A DNA stretch of 32,000 bases from Parasynechococcus marenigrum WH 8102 (lineage in GTDB: Bacteria > Cyanobacteriota > Cyanobacteriia > PCC-6307 > Cyanobiaceae): the NCBI RefSeq assembly GCF_000195975.1, contig NC_005070.1, positions 1,740,001-1,772,000 on the forward strand. Direction: 5' to 3'. A program made the position numbers and the translations under genes. This document shows positions 16,662-27,030 of this stretch, piece after piece (within the stretch, counting starts at the first letter, position 1; every line of letters starts with the position of its first letter). The notes beneath the pieces are model-generated. The model was given only the letters and a program-made list of their open reading frames with translations, had not been told where the DNA came from and searched no databases.

Positions 16662-17462
16662 GTGCCCGACAGCTCCGACGGTCCAGTTCTCAAGCCCCCG
16701 CCACCGATCCGCATCAGCGGTGGCACCGACCCGAGCGCATTGCCCAACGAGGTGGAGATGCCTCTGGTGGATCACCTTGAGGAACTGCGCCAGCGCGTGC
16801 TGCGCAGCCTGCTGGCGGTGGTCGTTTCAGCCCTGGTCTGCCTGTTGGCGGTGAAGCCGTTGGTGCGACTGCTGGAGGTTCCGGCCCAGGGAATTCACTT
16901 CCTGCAGTTGGCCCCCGGTGAATTCCTGTTCGTGTCGCTGAAGGTAGCCGGCTACGCCGGCCTCACGCTTGCCCTTCCCTACGTGCTGTTTCAGCTGCTG
17001 GCCTTTGTGCTCCCTGGACTAACGATTCGGGAACGTCGGCTTATCGCACCCGCGGTTGCCGGATCTGCAGTGTTGTTTCTGGCGGGGATTGCTTTTGCCG
17101 GGTGGGCCCTGGTCCCTGCAGCCCTGCGCTTTCTGGTGAGCTACGGCGCCGATGTGGTCGAGCCGCTCTGGTCGATCGAGCGTTATCTGGATTTCGTTCT
17201 GTTGCTGATGCTGGCCACAGGCCTGGCCTTTCAGTTGCCGGTGCTGCAGCTGTTGCTGGGCGTGTTGGGGCTGGTGCGCTGGCGCACGATGCTGGGGGCC
17301 TGGCGTTGGGTGGTGCTGGGCTCAGCCCTCGCTGGGGCCGTGCTGACCCCCTCAACCGACCCAATCACGATGCTGTTGTTGGCGGGCGCCATCACAGCCT
17401 TGTTCCTGATCGGCGTGGGGCTGGTGGCATTCACCGAGAGCCTCAGACCAGAAACTCCCTGA
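16662..17462 (+). CDS. tatC: Sec-independent (Tat) protein translocase subunit TatC
   Basis: ...EVEMPLVDHLEELRQRVLRSL... plus six TM helices is the TatC pattern. The ORF-track start at 16515 lies inside the previous gene. I chose the in-frame GTG at 16662, after the upstream stop, because cyanobacterial TatC usually has residues before the ..EVEM.L.DHLEELR block. The ATG at 16758 is the alternative. Confidence 0.85.
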   Translation: MPDSSDGPVLKPPPPIRISGGTDPSALPNEVEMPLVDHLEELRQRVLRSLLAVVVSALVCLLAVKPLVRLLEVPAQGIHFLQLAPGEFLFVSLKVAGYAGLTLALPYVLFQLLAFVLPGLTIRERRLIAPAVAGSAVLFLAGIAFAGWALVPAALRFLVSYGADVVEPLWSIERYLDFVLLLMLATGLAFQLPVLQLLLGVLGLVRWRTMLGAWRWVVLGSALAGAVLTPSTDPITMLLLAGAITALFLIGVGLVAFTESLRPETP

Positions 17463-17802
17463 GCAGGTTCTCCGCCGCAGGTCCTTCAGCTCGCAACTGA
17501 AGGCTCAGGGCCTTGCCGAGACGTGGTTTATCCCGGGTGGTGGTGATCCATTGGCGCACCTCAGCCGCCAAACCAAGACGATTCACAACATCCAGCACTT
17601 CCGCCAGGTGCTCTCGATAGGTGACTTCGTCCATGGGAAAGGACTGTTGCTCCAAATAAGCCCACATCACCTGCAGGTACAAACGCTGCCGTCGAGCCAC
17701 CAGTTGAAGGTCGTAAGTCGCCCGCCAGCGCTGGCGTAGACAGCCAATCAACTCCTCAACTCCGAGGGGATCCGAGGGCGTTTCAGTGGAGAGATCAAGC
17801 AC
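17443..17802 (-). CDS. Conserved cyanobacterial protein, DUF3067-like
   Basis: 119 aa with a GTG start and no earlier in-frame ATG. ...LRQRWRATYDLQLVARRQRLYLQVMWAYLEQQSFPMDE..Y.EHL... resembles the DUF3067 family as I remember it. The family name is from memory. Confidence 0.6.
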   Translation of the reverse strand: MLDLSTETPSDPLGVEELIGCLRQRWRATYDLQLVARRQRLYLQVMWAYLEQQSFPMDEVTYREHLAEVLDVVNRLGLAAEVRQWITTTRDKPRLGKALSLQLRAEGPAAENLLREFLV

Positions 17803-17868
17803 AGTTATGGCGATGCGAAGAAGGTGAAAAGGCCAGTCGTTGCAAAGCGTGACAAGAACTTAAGCGTC

Positions 17869-17874
17869 CATAAT
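17869..17874 (+). promoter_or_regulatory. Candidate -10 element for petCA
   Basis: CATAAT (5/6 match to TATAAT) lies 33 nt upstream of the petC ATG. There is no convincing -35 at 17-nt spacing. This is a sequence match only. Confidence 0.2.
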
Positions 17875-17906
17875 GATGGCTATTCCGTGCTGGATGACCG
17901 TCCGTC

Positions 17907-18443
17907 ATGACCCAACTTTCCTCGAGCGATGTGCCCGGAATGGGTCGTCGGCAGTTCATGAATCTGCTGACCTTCGGTTCCGTCACCGGAGTTGCCCTGG
18001 GTGCTCTCTACCCCGTCGTCAATTACTTCATTCCGCCCCGCGCCGCTGGAGCTGGCGGTGGCACCACTGCGAAGGATGAACTTGGCAATGCCATCACAGC
18101 CACCGGCTGGCTGTCCTCTCACCCTGAGGGTGATCGCAGTTTGGTCCAGGGCCTCAAGGGTGACCCCACCTACCTGATTGTGGAAGGGCCCGATGCCATC
18201 GGTAGTTACGGCATTAACGCCATCTGCACCCACCTGGGCTGCGTGGTGCCCTGGAACAGCGGCGCCAACAAGTTCATGTGCCCTTGCCACGGCAGTCAGT
18301 ACGACGCCACCGGCAAGGTGGTGCGCGGCCCCGCACCTCTCTCCCTTGCTCTGGCCAACGTGAGCGTCGAGAACGACAACGTCTTTGTGAGCCAGTGGAC
18401 TGAAACCGATTTCCGCACGGGCGATAAGCCCTGGTGGGCCTGA
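17907..18443 (+). CDS. petC: Cytochrome b6-f complex Rieske iron-sulfur subunit
   Basis: 178 aa with ATG start. The Rieske boxes CTHLGCV and CPCHGS are present, with an N-terminal TM anchor and a C-terminal ...[10 protein letters not shown]. Confidence 0.97.
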   Translation: MTQLSSSDVPGMGRRQFMNLLTFGSVTGVALGALYPVVNYFIPPRAAGAGGGTTAKDELGNAITATGWLSSHPEGDRSLVQGLKGDPTYLIVEGPDAIGSYGINAICTHLGCVVPWNSGANKFMCPCHGSQYDATGKVVRGPAPLSLALANVSVENDNVFVSQWTETDFRTGDKPWWA

Positions 18444-18483
18444 TCCCTTCTCCTTCGCGTTCCCTTCTTCCCTCACCGTTTCC

Positions 18484-19419
18484 ATGCGTCGCCACCTTTC
18501 CCTTCTGATCGGATCCCTGGTGCTCGGCCTGAGCCTGCTGATCGCCCCCGCCGCCAGCTGGGCCTACCCCTTCTGGGCTCAACAGAATTACGACAGCCCC
18601 CGGGAAGCCACCGGCAAGATCGTCTGTGCCAACTGCCACCTGGCCAAGAAGCTGACTCAGGCCGAAGTTCCCCAGTCAGTGCTCCCCGACACGGTGTTCA
18701 CCGCCAGCGTCAAGATCCCCTACGAGGAGGGTCTGCTGGAGATCGGTGCCGATGGCAGCGACGTGGGCCTTCAGGTCGGTGCGGTGGTGATGCTGCCCGA
18801 TGGCTTCACCCTTGCGCCTCAGGATCGCTGGACCGAGGAGATGAAAGAGGAGACCGAAGGGGTCTATTTCTCGCAGTACAGCGACGACCAACCCAACATT
18901 CTGCTAGTGGGCCCGATCCCCGGCGATCAGCACCAGGAAGTGGTCTTCCCGCTGCTGTCCCCCGACCCCGCGACCGACAGCAACATCCACTTCGGCAAAT
19001 ACCAGCTCCATGTGGGCGGCAACCGTGGCCGCGGCCAGGTGTACCCCACCGGTGAGAAGAGCAACAACGCTGTTTACACAGCCCCTGCCTCAGGCTCTGT
19101 TGCTGCCATTGAGGACGGAGACAATGGCTCCAGCATCCTCACCATCAACACCGCCGATGGCGCGGCTGTGACGGAAACCATCCCCGTTGGTCCTCAGCTG
19201 CTTGTCAATGTTGGCGACAACGTTGAAGCCGGCGCTGCACTAACCAACGACCCCAATGTGGGTGGCTTCGGCCAGGTTGATGCCGAGATCGTTCTGCAGA
19301 ACCCCGTTCGGATCTACGGCCTGCTCGCTTTCTTCGCAGCTGTTGCCTTGGCCCAGATCATGCTGGTGCTGAAGAAAAGACAGATCGAAAAGGTTCAGGC
19401 TGCTGAGGGCAACTTCTGA
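18484..19419 (+). CDS. petA: Cytochrome f (apocytochrome f precursor)
   Basis: 311 aa. The signal peptide is followed by a mature N-terminus [27 protein letters not shown] (CxxCH heme site) and a C-terminal TM anchor. It lies 40 nt downstream of petC, the classic petCA operon arrangement. Confidence 0.97.
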   Translation: MRRHLSLLIGSLVLGLSLLIAPAASWAYPFWAQQNYDSPREATGKIVCANCHLAKKLTQAEVPQSVLPDTVFTASVKIPYEEGLLEIGADGSDVGLQVGAVVMLPDGFTLAPQDRWTEEMKEETEGVYFSQYSDDQPNILLVGPIPGDQHQEVVFPLLSPDPATDSNIHFGKYQLHVGGNRGRGQVYPTGEKSNNAVYTAPASGSVAAIEDGDNGSSILTINTADGAAVTETIPVGPQLLVNVGDNVEAGAALTNDPNVGGFGQVDAEIVLQNPVRIYGLLAFFAAVALAQIMLVLKKRQIEKVQAAEGNF

Positions 19420-19424
19420 TCCAG

Positions 19425-20261
19425 ATGTTCACATCACCAGGGCCCGTTCTGTTTCAGTTCGGGCCGCTCACCCTTCGCTGGTACGGACTTCTGATCGCCA
19501 TGGCCGTGCTGATCGGATTGAATCTTTCCAGTCGCCTGGCGCAGTCCCGCAAGCTTGAGAACGGGTTGATCAGTGATCTTCTCCCACTGCTGGTGTTGTT
19601 CTCTGTGATCGGAGCAAGGCTGTATTACGTCGCTTTCGAGTGGCATAACTACGCCAACCAACCGATCAAGGCTTTGGCGATCTGGGAGGGAGGGATCGCC
19701 ATCCACGGGGCACTGATCGCCGGAACTCTCACGCTGATCCTGTTCTGTCGCTGGCGTAGTCAGCCCTTTCTGGATGTTCTTGACGTGCTGGCCCCCTCTG
19801 TAGCGCTAGGGCAGGCCATCGGTCGATGGGGGAACTTCTTCAACTCCGAAGCCTTCGGTGTTCCAACGGACCTTGCCTGGAAGTTGTTCATCCCCTACGC
19901 CAATCGGCCCGTGATCTACGCCGACGCCGAGTTTTTCCACCCAACTTTCCTGTATGAGTCGATCTGGAATCTGCTGCTGTTCGTGCTGCTGCTCGTCCTC
20001 TTCCGCTGGGGAAGCCGAGAGCGTCAGAACTTTCCAGCAGGAACTCTCAGTTGTGTGTACCTGATCGGTTACAGCCTGGGGCGCATCTGGATCGAGGGAC
20101 TCCGCATCGATCCTCTCTGCGTGGGAGCGCTGCCACCCGCCTGTGAGGGTGGTGTTCGCATCGCCCAGTTGATGAGTGCCATGCTGATGGTTCTGGGTGG
20201 ATTGGGACTGTGGTGGTTGAAGCGGCGACAACAACAGCTTCCAGTGTCAACCAACCGCTGA
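19425..20261 (+). CDS. lgt: Prolipoprotein diacylglyceryl transferase
   Basis: 278 aa with ATG start. ...[13 protein letters not shown]... and ...[12 protein letters not shown]...[11 protein letters not shown]... are Lgt family blocks. Confidence 0.9.
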   Translation: MFTSPGPVLFQFGPLTLRWYGLLIAMAVLIGLNLSSRLAQSRKLENGLISDLLPLLVLFSVIGARLYYVAFEWHNYANQPIKALAIWEGGIAIHGALIAGTLTLILFCRWRSQPFLDVLDVLAPSVALGQAIGRWGNFFNSEAFGVPTDLAWKLFIPYANRPVIYADAEFFHPTFLYESIWNLLLFVLLLVLFRWGSRERQNFPAGTLSCVYLIGYSLGRIWIEGLRIDPLCVGALPPACEGGVRIAQLMSAMLMVLGGLGLWWLKRRQQQLPVSTNR

Positions 20262-21016
20262 CTCACCCTGTTTGTTTTGTTGGGGGAGGTCCAGGGGCTG
20301 CAGATCTCCTGACCCTTCGTGCCGCTGAGCGCATTCGTCAGGCTGATGTTCTGATCTGGACTGATTCCCTGGTTTGCCCCCAGATCACAGCGCTTGCTCC
20401 TGATCATTGCGAAAGGATCCGCACCAGCACACTGACGCTGGAAGAGGTGATCCCCCTGCTGATCGATCGACAACGACAGGGGGCAAAGGTCGTGCGTCTG
20501 CACGACGGTGACACTGCCTTCTACAGCGCGATCAACGAACAGATCTGTGCTCTGAATGACGCCGACATTCCGGTGGAGGTGGTCCCCGGAGTAAGTGCCT
20601 ATCAAGCGGCCGCGGCCGGACTCTCCAGCGAACTCACCATTCCAGGAGTGGTTCAGACGATTGTTCTTGGTCGCGCCGGGGGCCGCACGGGGGTTCCGCC
20701 GTCAGAAGAGCTCGATCGGCTCGCAGGGCTCGGCGCCAGCCTTTGCCTCTATCTCAGTGCCCGTCATATCGACGACGTGCAGGCCACCCTTCAACGGCAC
20801 TACCCCGACGACACCCCGGTGGCCATTGCCTACCGGGTGAGCTGGCCCGATGAATGGATGTCCGTGGTCCCTTTGGCGCAGATGGCCGCTGCCAGCAAGG
20901 AGCGCCAACTGATCCGCACAACCCTATACATCATCAGTCCGGCACTCAACGGAGGTCAGCAACGGTCCCGTTTGTATTCACCAGATCACGACCACCTGTT
21001 CCGACAAAGACACTGA
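20210..21016 (+). CDS. cobM: Precorrin-4 C(11)-methyltransferase (start uncertain)
   Basis: ...[34 protein letters not shown]..., ...[15 protein letters not shown]... and ...[13 protein letters not shown]... are tetrapyrrole methylase/CobM blocks. The only in-frame starts upstream of the domain are GTGs at 20210 and 20213, which overlap the lgt 3' end by ~50 nt. Confidence 0.85.
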   Translation: MVVEAATTTASSVNQPLTHPVCFVGGGPGAADLLTLRAAERIRQADVLIWTDSLVCPQITALAPDHCERIRTSTLTLEEVIPLLIDRQRQGAKVVRLHDGDTAFYSAINEQICALNDADIPVEVVPGVSAYQAAAAGLSSELTIPGVVQTIVLGRAGGRTGVPPSEELDRLAGLGASLCLYLSARHIDDVQATLQRHYPDDTPVAIAYRVSWPDEWMSVVPLAQMAAASKERQLIRTTLYIISPALNGGQQRSRLYSPDHDHLFRQRH

Positions 21017-21043
21017 GGGTGGTGGTTTAAAATTGGGTTGTGC

Positions 21044-21115
<72 letters not shown>

Positions 21116-21212
21116 TGTTTGCCTTGGAGTTGTTACGCCTTCTGCGTGACGACAATCTGTCAACTCGTCTTTATCGACCTACCTTCCGAGTGTTCTGACG
21201 CAAGTCTTCCGG

Positions 21213-21977
21213 ATGAGCGGAAGCCAAAACAACGCAGGCTCCACCCAGCCGTCCGGGATCAGGGCTGTTGGCGCTTCGATCCGTGAGGGTCGTGAGTCCC
21301 GTTCGATGAGCCGTGATGAGCTGGCCCAGCGATTAAACATGGGTTGTGAACAACTGGAGGCACTGGAGCAGGGGGATCTCCAGCATTTGCCAGAACCTGT
21401 GTTCGTTAAGGCGATGGTGCGACGGCTCGCCAGTCACTTGGGACTTGATGCCGATGATCTGGTGGCGCAACTGGGTCCTGTCCCAAGTCCAGCGACAAAC
21501 AACAAAACGACGCCATCACAACAATCAACCCGTGAACAATCCTCTGCAACACGATGGATCTCCGTCCTGTTGTCGCTAACGGCAATGATCGGCTTGGGTA
21601 GCTGGGCTCGTCGTCTGCTGCCTGAAACCATCAGTCCTGCCATCGGCCAATCAGCCAGCATCAAGGCCATACAGGAACCGGTGGTGCAATCCACGGCTGA
21701 CTTGTCTCAAGAGGACATCCGGATTGTTCCAGCTGGATCAACCACCGCTTCGATCACCCTTGACTGCACAGAACCGTGTTGGATCGCCCTGCGGCGCGAT
21801 GGATCTGTTGAATTCGAGGGGATGCTGGAGACATCCAGAACAGTGGAGAACTCCGAAGGCGTTGAGATCTATCCCGGTCGTCCGGATCTGGTGACGCTGC
21901 GTCGAGCTGGAGACGAACCGATCACCCTCGGCAGCATCAACGACCTGCGCTGGTACTCGCTCAACCCTGAACGCTGA
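21213..21977 (+). CDS. RodZ-like protein (N-terminal XRE-type HTH, TM helix, DUF4115-like C-domain)
   Basis: 254 aa with ATG start. ...IREGRESRSMSRDELAQRLNMGCEQLEALEQGD...P.FVKAMVRRLA..LGLD is HTH_25/RodZ-like. It has a single TM helix (WISVLLSLTAMIGLGSWA) and a C-terminal beta-rich domain ...CWIALRRDG...EG.L...... Confidence 0.7.
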   Translation: MSGSQNNAGSTQPSGIRAVGASIREGRESRSMSRDELAQRLNMGCEQLEALEQGDLQHLPEPVFVKAMVRRLASHLGLDADDLVAQLGPVPSPATNNKTTPSQQSTREQSSATRWISVLLSLTAMIGLGSWARRLLPETISPAIGQSASIKAIQEPVVQSTADLSQEDIRIVPAGSTTASITLDCTEPCWIALRRDGSVEFEGMLETSRTVENSEGVEIYPGRPDLVTLRRAGDEPITLGSINDLRWYSLNPER

Positions 21978-23592
21978 CCCGAAGTTTCACTCCGGAAGCC
22001 TCACGAACCACTTCCGCGCAGCTCTCCAGACTCCACTGCTCCAGGCTCAGGTTCTGGTTGAGTCGCTCCGGCACAAGCACCAGATCGAGCACATCCGGTG
22101 TGGTGTTCACCCGCAACGACGCCACCACAGGCTCTGGTCGACGGTCAAGGGCTGCGGCCAAACGCAACAGCAGAGCCATTTCGCTGACGCGACGACGGTT
22201 GTCACGCGTCACCAGCGCCTGCCAGGACTCATGCCGTTTCTTGGGAAGACTGCGGCGGTGATAGCGGGCAATCGCCGCCACCATCAGATGCTCCGCCTCG
22301 GAATAGCCAAGAAGCTCGCCATGACGGATCAAGTACCAGGAGTGCTTGTGATACGCACTGAGGTTGATGTGCTGTCCGCAGGCATGAAGCATCGCGGCAG
22401 CCCAGAGCAACTCACGTCCCTGGCCATCGTCCTGGTGCATCAGGCCCTCCGTGGCGTCATACAAACTCAGGGCATGGGTGGCCACCCGTTCGGCTCGCCG
22501 CTGGTTCACGGCAAAGCGCTGCACCTGATGAATCACCGTGCGCTGCCGAATGCTGCTCTGAAAACTGAAGCGGTCCTCAAGCAGGCCATGGCGCAGCATC
22601 CAATCAACGATCAGTCCCTCCCGCAGCGCCCGTTCACTGAGAACGAGTTCATCCACGCCGAGCATCTGCATGGTGGTCTGCAGAATCAGGGCCCCGGGCA
22701 CGATGATTTCGGCCCTTCGGTCATTGATCGGCGATAGATCCCGTCGCTGCTCCGGAGTCATCGTCACCAGCTTCTCGACCACCCGATCAAGCCGCTGCCG
22801 CGACACCCGATAGCCGTGCAGTTTCAACGGAGGGCGATCGTCCTCACTAGCCGCCAGTGCCCCAATGGCCATGGCCGTGCCGCTTGTGGCCACCAGAACA
22901 GGAATTTCCCCGGGTTTGATCCGCCGGTGCACCTTGTCGACGGCCGGCTCCAGGGAGCCCTGGATGAAGGCCTGCAGGAACGAACGACGCTGGGGGGGGA
23001 TTGGATCGTCCTTGACGAAATCCCGTTGCAACCGCACCGCACCCACCCGGGTGCTGGTGAGGGCTCGGGCATCGCGTCCATCGGCCAGGATCAGTTCCGT
23101 CGATCCGCCACCGATGTCCAGAAGCAGGTGGGGGCGATCTCCGAAGGACATACCGGACAGCACCCCGAGATAAATCAGACGGGCCTCCTCCGGGCCACTG
23201 ACCAGGTCCACATCCATGCCGAGACCGTCCTGGATGCTCTGGAGAAACTCCCGACCATTGGGAGCCTCCCGCACGGCGCTGGTGGCTGCGGTCACGATCT
23301 GCTCAACGTCGTGACTGATCGCTAGGTCCCGGAAACGTCGCAGCGTTTCGTAGCCGCGCTGCATACCCGCCGGCGTGAGTTCGCCGCTATCCGGATCCCG
23401 CTCCCCGAGTCGTGTGGTCGACTTCTCCGCCTGTTCGATGCTGAAGGTGCCCAGGGTGGTGTCAACGGAGGCCACCAGCAGATGAGTGGAGTTGGTGCCG
23501 ATGTCGATGGCGGCCACCCGGCGGGTCTGGGCCGACGATCTCGTCGGTTGCGACCCTGCCGGAGCCTTTGATTCAGACACAGCGTCCAGCAT
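21961..23592 (-). CDS. ppx: Exopolyphosphatase / Ppx-GppA family phosphatase with C-terminal HD domain
   Basis: The ORF-track start at 23628 is GTG, and I prefer the ATG at 23592. ...RVAAIDIGTNSTHLLVA..., ...LLLDIGGGSTELI... and ...ATSGTA... are ASKHA/Ppx-GppA motifs. The C-terminal half resembles an HD domain (...LHACGQHI....HHKHS.YLI...). Confidence 0.85.
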   Translation of the reverse strand: MLDAVSESKAPAGSQPTRSSAQTRRVAAIDIGTNSTHLLVASVDTTLGTFSIEQAEKSTTRLGERDPDSGELTPAGMQRGYETLRRFRDLAISHDVEQIVTAATSAVREAPNGREFLQSIQDGLGMDVDLVSGPEEARLIYLGVLSGMSFGDRPHLLLDIGGGSTELILADGRDARALTSTRVGAVRLQRDFVKDDPIPPQRRSFLQAFIQGSLEPAVDKVHRRIKPGEIPVLVATSGTAMAIGALAASEDDRPPLKLHGYRVSRQRLDRVVEKLVTMTPEQRRDLSPINDRRAEIIVPGALILQTTMQMLGVDELVLSERALREGLIVDWMLRHGLLEDRFSFQSSIRQRTVIHQVQRFAVNQRRAERVATHALSLYDATEGLMHQDDGQGRELLWAAAMLHACGQHINLSAYHKHSWYLIRHGELLGYSEAEHLMVAAIARYHRRSLPKKRHESWQALVTRDNRRRVSEMALLLRLAAALDRRPEPVVASLRVNTTPDVLDLVLVPERLNQNLSLEQWSLESCAEVVREASGVKLRVSVQG

Positions 23593-23681
23593 CGTCGGCC
23601 CTGTCCAGGAGTCGATCCACTTTGCCACCGAAGGTCGTTCTCGCCAGGCGCTGACTAGGGTTCTTCAAATCTTCGGGCTCC

Positions 23682-24575
23682 GTGGACAGCATTCGTGAAC
23701 GCCTTGGCCCCTGGCTTGAACTGCTGCGCTGGACCAAGCCGACCGGTCGCCTGATCCTGTTGATTCCCGCCGGTTGGAGCCTTTGGTTGTCCCCCTCAGC
23801 ACCGCCGGGACTGGATCTGCTTCTGCAGATCGTGGTTGGTGGCCTGGCTGTGAGTGGTGCCGGCTGCATCGCCAACGATCTCTGGGACCGCCGTTTTGAT
23901 GGCCGGGTGGAACGGACCAAACAGCGTCCCCTGGCCAGGGGTGCGATCCGGCCGACATCAGCCCTCGTGCTGTTGATCGTTCTGCTGTCCCTCAGCCTTG
24001 CCGTGGTTCTCAGCCTTGATGAAGCCAGCCGGCAGCTGTGCCTGCTGCTCTCCATCGGCGCCCTGCCAGCGATCCTGCTCTATCCCTCCGCCAAGCGCTG
24101 GTTCGCCTACCCCCAGGCGGTGCTGGCCTTCTGCTGGGGCTTTGCCGTGCTGATCCCCTGGGCTGCAGCTGAACGGAGCCTGACCCTGCAGCCGGCCCTG
24201 ATCGGTTGTTGGCTGGCCACGCTTCTGTGGACCTTTGGCTTCGACACGGTTTATGCCATGGCCGACCGCCGTGATGATGCGTTGATCGGTCTCAACAGCA
24301 GTGCATTGAGCCTGGGGAACCGAGCCGTCGTCACCGTCAGAGCCTGTTACGTGTTGACGGTCGTCGCTCTTGGGGTGGCCGCCGCCAGCGCAGGGGTTCA
24401 TCCACTGTTCTGGATCTTCTGGCTCGGCGCCTCCCTGCTGATGCAGATCAGTTGCCAATCCTTGAATCACAGGAACGCCACCATGGCCAGCTTTGGCCTG
24501 CACTTCCGCCGTCAGGTCCAGCTGGGCAGCCTGCTGCTGCTGGGGCTGATCGTGAGCCGCGGGCTATCCGGATGA
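23682..24575 (+). CDS. ubiA: 4-hydroxybenzoate polyprenyl(solanesyl)transferase, UbiA family
   Basis: 297 aa with a GTG start and no upstream ATG. ...LLRWTKPTGRLILLIPAGW... and the Asp-rich motif NDLWDRRFDGRVERTKQRPLARG, plus a second motif ...YAMADRRDD..., are UbiA-type signatures. Confidence 0.85.
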   Translation: MDSIRERLGPWLELLRWTKPTGRLILLIPAGWSLWLSPSAPPGLDLLLQIVVGGLAVSGAGCIANDLWDRRFDGRVERTKQRPLARGAIRPTSALVLLIVLLSLSLAVVLSLDEASRQLCLLLSIGALPAILLYPSAKRWFAYPQAVLAFCWGFAVLIPWAAAERSLTLQPALIGCWLATLLWTFGFDTVYAMADRRDDALIGLNSSALSLGNRAVVTVRACYVLTVVALGVAAASAGVHPLFWIFWLGASLLMQISCQSLNHRNATMASFGLHFRRQVQLGSLLLLGLIVSRGLSG

Positions 24576-25450
24576 GCGCGATGCAGACAGCCATCCCTCT
24601 CCGCCCGGGAGACACCGTCGCCACGGTGGCGCCGAGCTCGGCCCTGGAGGACGACCAACGCCTGCAGGAGGGTCTGGCGGTGCTCAGGGGCTGGGGGCTG
24701 TGCCCCTTGGAGCAGAACGTGAGCGCGCGTCGTTGGGGGCACCTGGCTGGAACCGACCAAGAGCGCTTCAGCGACTTATGCCATGAGGCGCCACTGCTGG
24801 CCTGTGCCCGGGGCGGCTGGGGATCGGCACGGCTGCTGGAACGGTCCATTCGATGGAAACCAGGCTGGCTACTGGGCTTCTCTGATATCACCTCTTTGCT
24901 CTGGTCCAGGTTGAAAGCAGGGTTGGCTGGCGGCATTCACGGCCCGCTCCTCACCACCCTCGGGGCGGAACCGGCGTGGAGCCAGGAACGGTTGCGTCAG
25001 CTGCTGTTCGGAGAGACACCTCCAGCGCTGAAGGGGGAACCACGGGGAGGAGGGCAGACCACAGGTCCCTTGATCGCAGCCAACCTCACCGTGGCCAGCC
25101 ACCTGCTCGGTTCTGATCACGTGCCGGAGCTTCAGGGCGCCATCCTGATTCTTGAAGATGTAGGCGAGGCGCCGTATCGAATCGACCGGATGCTGACCCA
25201 CTGGAGATTGTGCGGTGCACTTCAACAGCTCGGCGGCATTGGCTTCGGTCAATTCGAAGGATGCGACCGCAACCTGGATGACCTGCTCACCACAACTCTC
25301 GAGGCAGTGCTCGACGAGCGCACCGCCGATCTGAACATTCCCGTGGTGAAGAACCTTCCGGTTGGCCACATCTGCGGCAATGCCGCCTTACCGATGGGGC
25401 AGCTGGCCTGCCTCGACGGCAACCTCGGCAGCCTCAGTCTTGTTGCCTGA
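24572..25450 (+). CDS. ldcA: LD-carboxypeptidase (peptidase S66, LdcA-like)
   Basis: Trimmed from 24452 to the ATG at 24572, which overlaps the ubiA stop as ATGA (24572-24575). ...[14 protein letters not shown]......L..WG... and ...GFSDITSL... (nucleophile Ser) with ...[17 protein letters not shown]... are S66 blocks. Confidence 0.8.
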   Translation: MSAMQTAIPLRPGDTVATVAPSSALEDDQRLQEGLAVLRGWGLCPLEQNVSARRWGHLAGTDQERFSDLCHEAPLLACARGGWGSARLLERSIRWKPGWLLGFSDITSLLWSRLKAGLAGGIHGPLLTTLGAEPAWSQERLRQLLFGETPPALKGEPRGGGQTTGPLIAANLTVASHLLGSDHVPELQGAILILEDVGEAPYRIDRMLTHWRLCGALQQLGGIGFGQFEGCDRNLDDLLTTTLEAVLDERTADLNIPVVKNLPVGHICGNAALPMGQLACLDGNLGSLSLVA

Positions 25451-26114
25451 GGGCAAGCACTGCTTCGGCGACGTTGAGGTCAAACGGTGTGGTCACTTTG
25501 ATGTTCGACGGTCCTGCATCCAGCACCTGCACTGGCCAGCCCAAGCGTTCGTACAGCGACGCGTCATCGGTGACAGTCCACCCATTGGCCTCAGCCTCGG
25601 CATGGCCATGGCGCAACTGGTCCACCTGGAAACCCTGAGGGGTCTGAGCCGCCCAGAGCTCCGAGCGGTCCGGCGTGTCTGTAATCACGCCATCGGCATC
25701 CACCCGTTTGATCGTGTCGGTGACGGGGGTTGCCGCGATCAGAGCCTGACCCGATGCCAGGGCCATCGCGCAGCGATCGAACAGTGCCGGTTCCGCCAGG
25801 CAACGGGCGCCGTCATGGATCAGCACCTGCTCAGCAGCCTCCGGCAAGCCCGCCAGTCCGCGCAACACCGACTCCTGCCGCGTGCTGCCGCCCTGGATCC
25901 ATGTCACCGGCTTGTTGGCATCTCGCACGAGGTCAAGGATCGGTTCGCGATCGATCTCCTGACCCACCACACCGATCCATTGAATGTGTTCAGCAGCCAA
26001 CGCCGCCTTCAGCGTCCAGGCGATCACAGGCTTCCCGGCCAATGGCAACAGAAGCTTGTTGCGATCCGCGCCCATGCGGCGACCACTGCCCGCTGCGGCG
26101 ATCAACAGATGCAC
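25434..26114 (-). CDS. ispD: 2-C-methyl-D-erythritol 4-phosphate cytidylyltransferase
   Basis: (V/M)[31 protein letters not shown]... plus ...IHDGARCL..., ...VTDTIK... and ...Q.PQGF... are IspD blocks. Family N-termini start right at HLLI.AAG, so I prefer the GTG at 26114. The ATG at 26153 is the alternative, and the track start at 26393 is an over-extension. Confidence 0.88.
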   Translation of the reverse strand: MHLLIAAAGSGRRMGADRNKLLLPLAGKPVIAWTLKAALAAEHIQWIGVVGQEIDREPILDLVRDANKPVTWIQGGSTRQESVLRGLAGLPEAAEQVLIHDGARCLAEPALFDRCAMALASGQALIAATPVTDTIKRVDADGVITDTPDRSELWAAQTPQGFQVDQLRHGHAEAEANGWTVTDDASLYERLGWPVQVLDAGPSNIKVTTPFDLNVAEAVLALRQQD

Positions 26115-26187
26115 AAGCGACTCCTGCCGCAGGCAGGCCGAAACGGCCTCCATACAATCAGCTCGCACCACGCCCTTAGGCGAGTCC

Positions 26188-27021
26188 ATGCGTGTTCTTG
26201 CTCTCAGCCCTGGCCCGCTGGCGCTGCAACTCGATCGACTGCCTGCTCTGGTCAGCCTTTGCGAACAGGTGGGAGCCACCCTGCAGGTGGCCTGCGCCCC
26301 AACCTGTCGCGGGGCCTGGGACTTGATTCCCCAGGTGGAGAAGATCCTCCCCTTCGATTTCGAGGCATCACCCACCCTGGCGGACTGGGCCAACCTGCTG
26401 GGCTGCGTGCGCGAGCCCGATTTTCAGGTCTGCCTCAACTTCGCTGAAGGACAGCAGGTGAACCTGATGCTGTCGATGAGTCACATCCCCACGCGCATCG
26501 CCAGCAGTGGCTTTTCCAGCACCGAGATCATCTCCCCCGGCGAGGGCTGGTGTGCCCAGCGCCTGGCCAGCTTCTTGAAACCACTGGGCTGCACCCTGGA
26601 TGCGGACCGCTTCAGCCTGGCCCTCTCCAGCAAGGATCTCGATGCCGCCCGCGCCGAGCAACCCGCTGGCGAAGGCCCGATGCTGCTGCTCGCTCCTGCT
26701 GGCTCGACAGGGGATTGGCCGGAACAGCGCTGGACATCACTGCCTGAGTCCATTGCGCAGCGCCTTAAGGGACTGCGCACCTTGCAGCTGAGTCCTGAGC
26801 TGCCACTGAACCGTCGTGCAGCGGCTGTCGCCAGCTCCGATGTGGTGCTCAGCAGCTGTCCGGTGACCCAGCGGCTGGCGGTCTACAACGGCGTGCCGCT
26901 GGTGGCGCTGGGAGCACAACCTGAAAACCTTCCCAACCGTCCGGAGATTCGCTGTCTGGGGCACCAAGCTGATCTCAGCGCCCTGAAAGATGGCGAGGTG
27001 CTGCAGGCCCTCGGGTTCTGA
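26188..27021 (+). CDS. Glycosyltransferase family 9 (heptosyltransferase-like) protein
   Basis: Trimmed from 25984 to the ATG at 26188. [24 protein letters not shown]........L.VAC.P.....W.L.P.V.K..PFDF resembles the GT9 N-terminal pattern (MKILii....GD......Pal..L). This recognition is weaker than for the other genes. Confidence 0.55.
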   Translation: MRVLALSPGPLALQLDRLPALVSLCEQVGATLQVACAPTCRGAWDLIPQVEKILPFDFEASPTLADWANLLGCVREPDFQVCLNFAEGQQVNLMLSMSHIPTRIASSGFSSTEIISPGEGWCAQRLASFLKPLGCTLDADRFSLALSSKDLDAARAEQPAGEGPMLLLAPAGSTGDWPEQRWTSLPESIAQRLKGLRTLQLSPELPLNRRAAAVASSDVVLSSCPVTQRLAVYNGVPLVALGAQPENLPNRPEIRCLGHQADLSALKDGEVLQALGF

Positions 27022-27030
27022 CCGCTGCTG

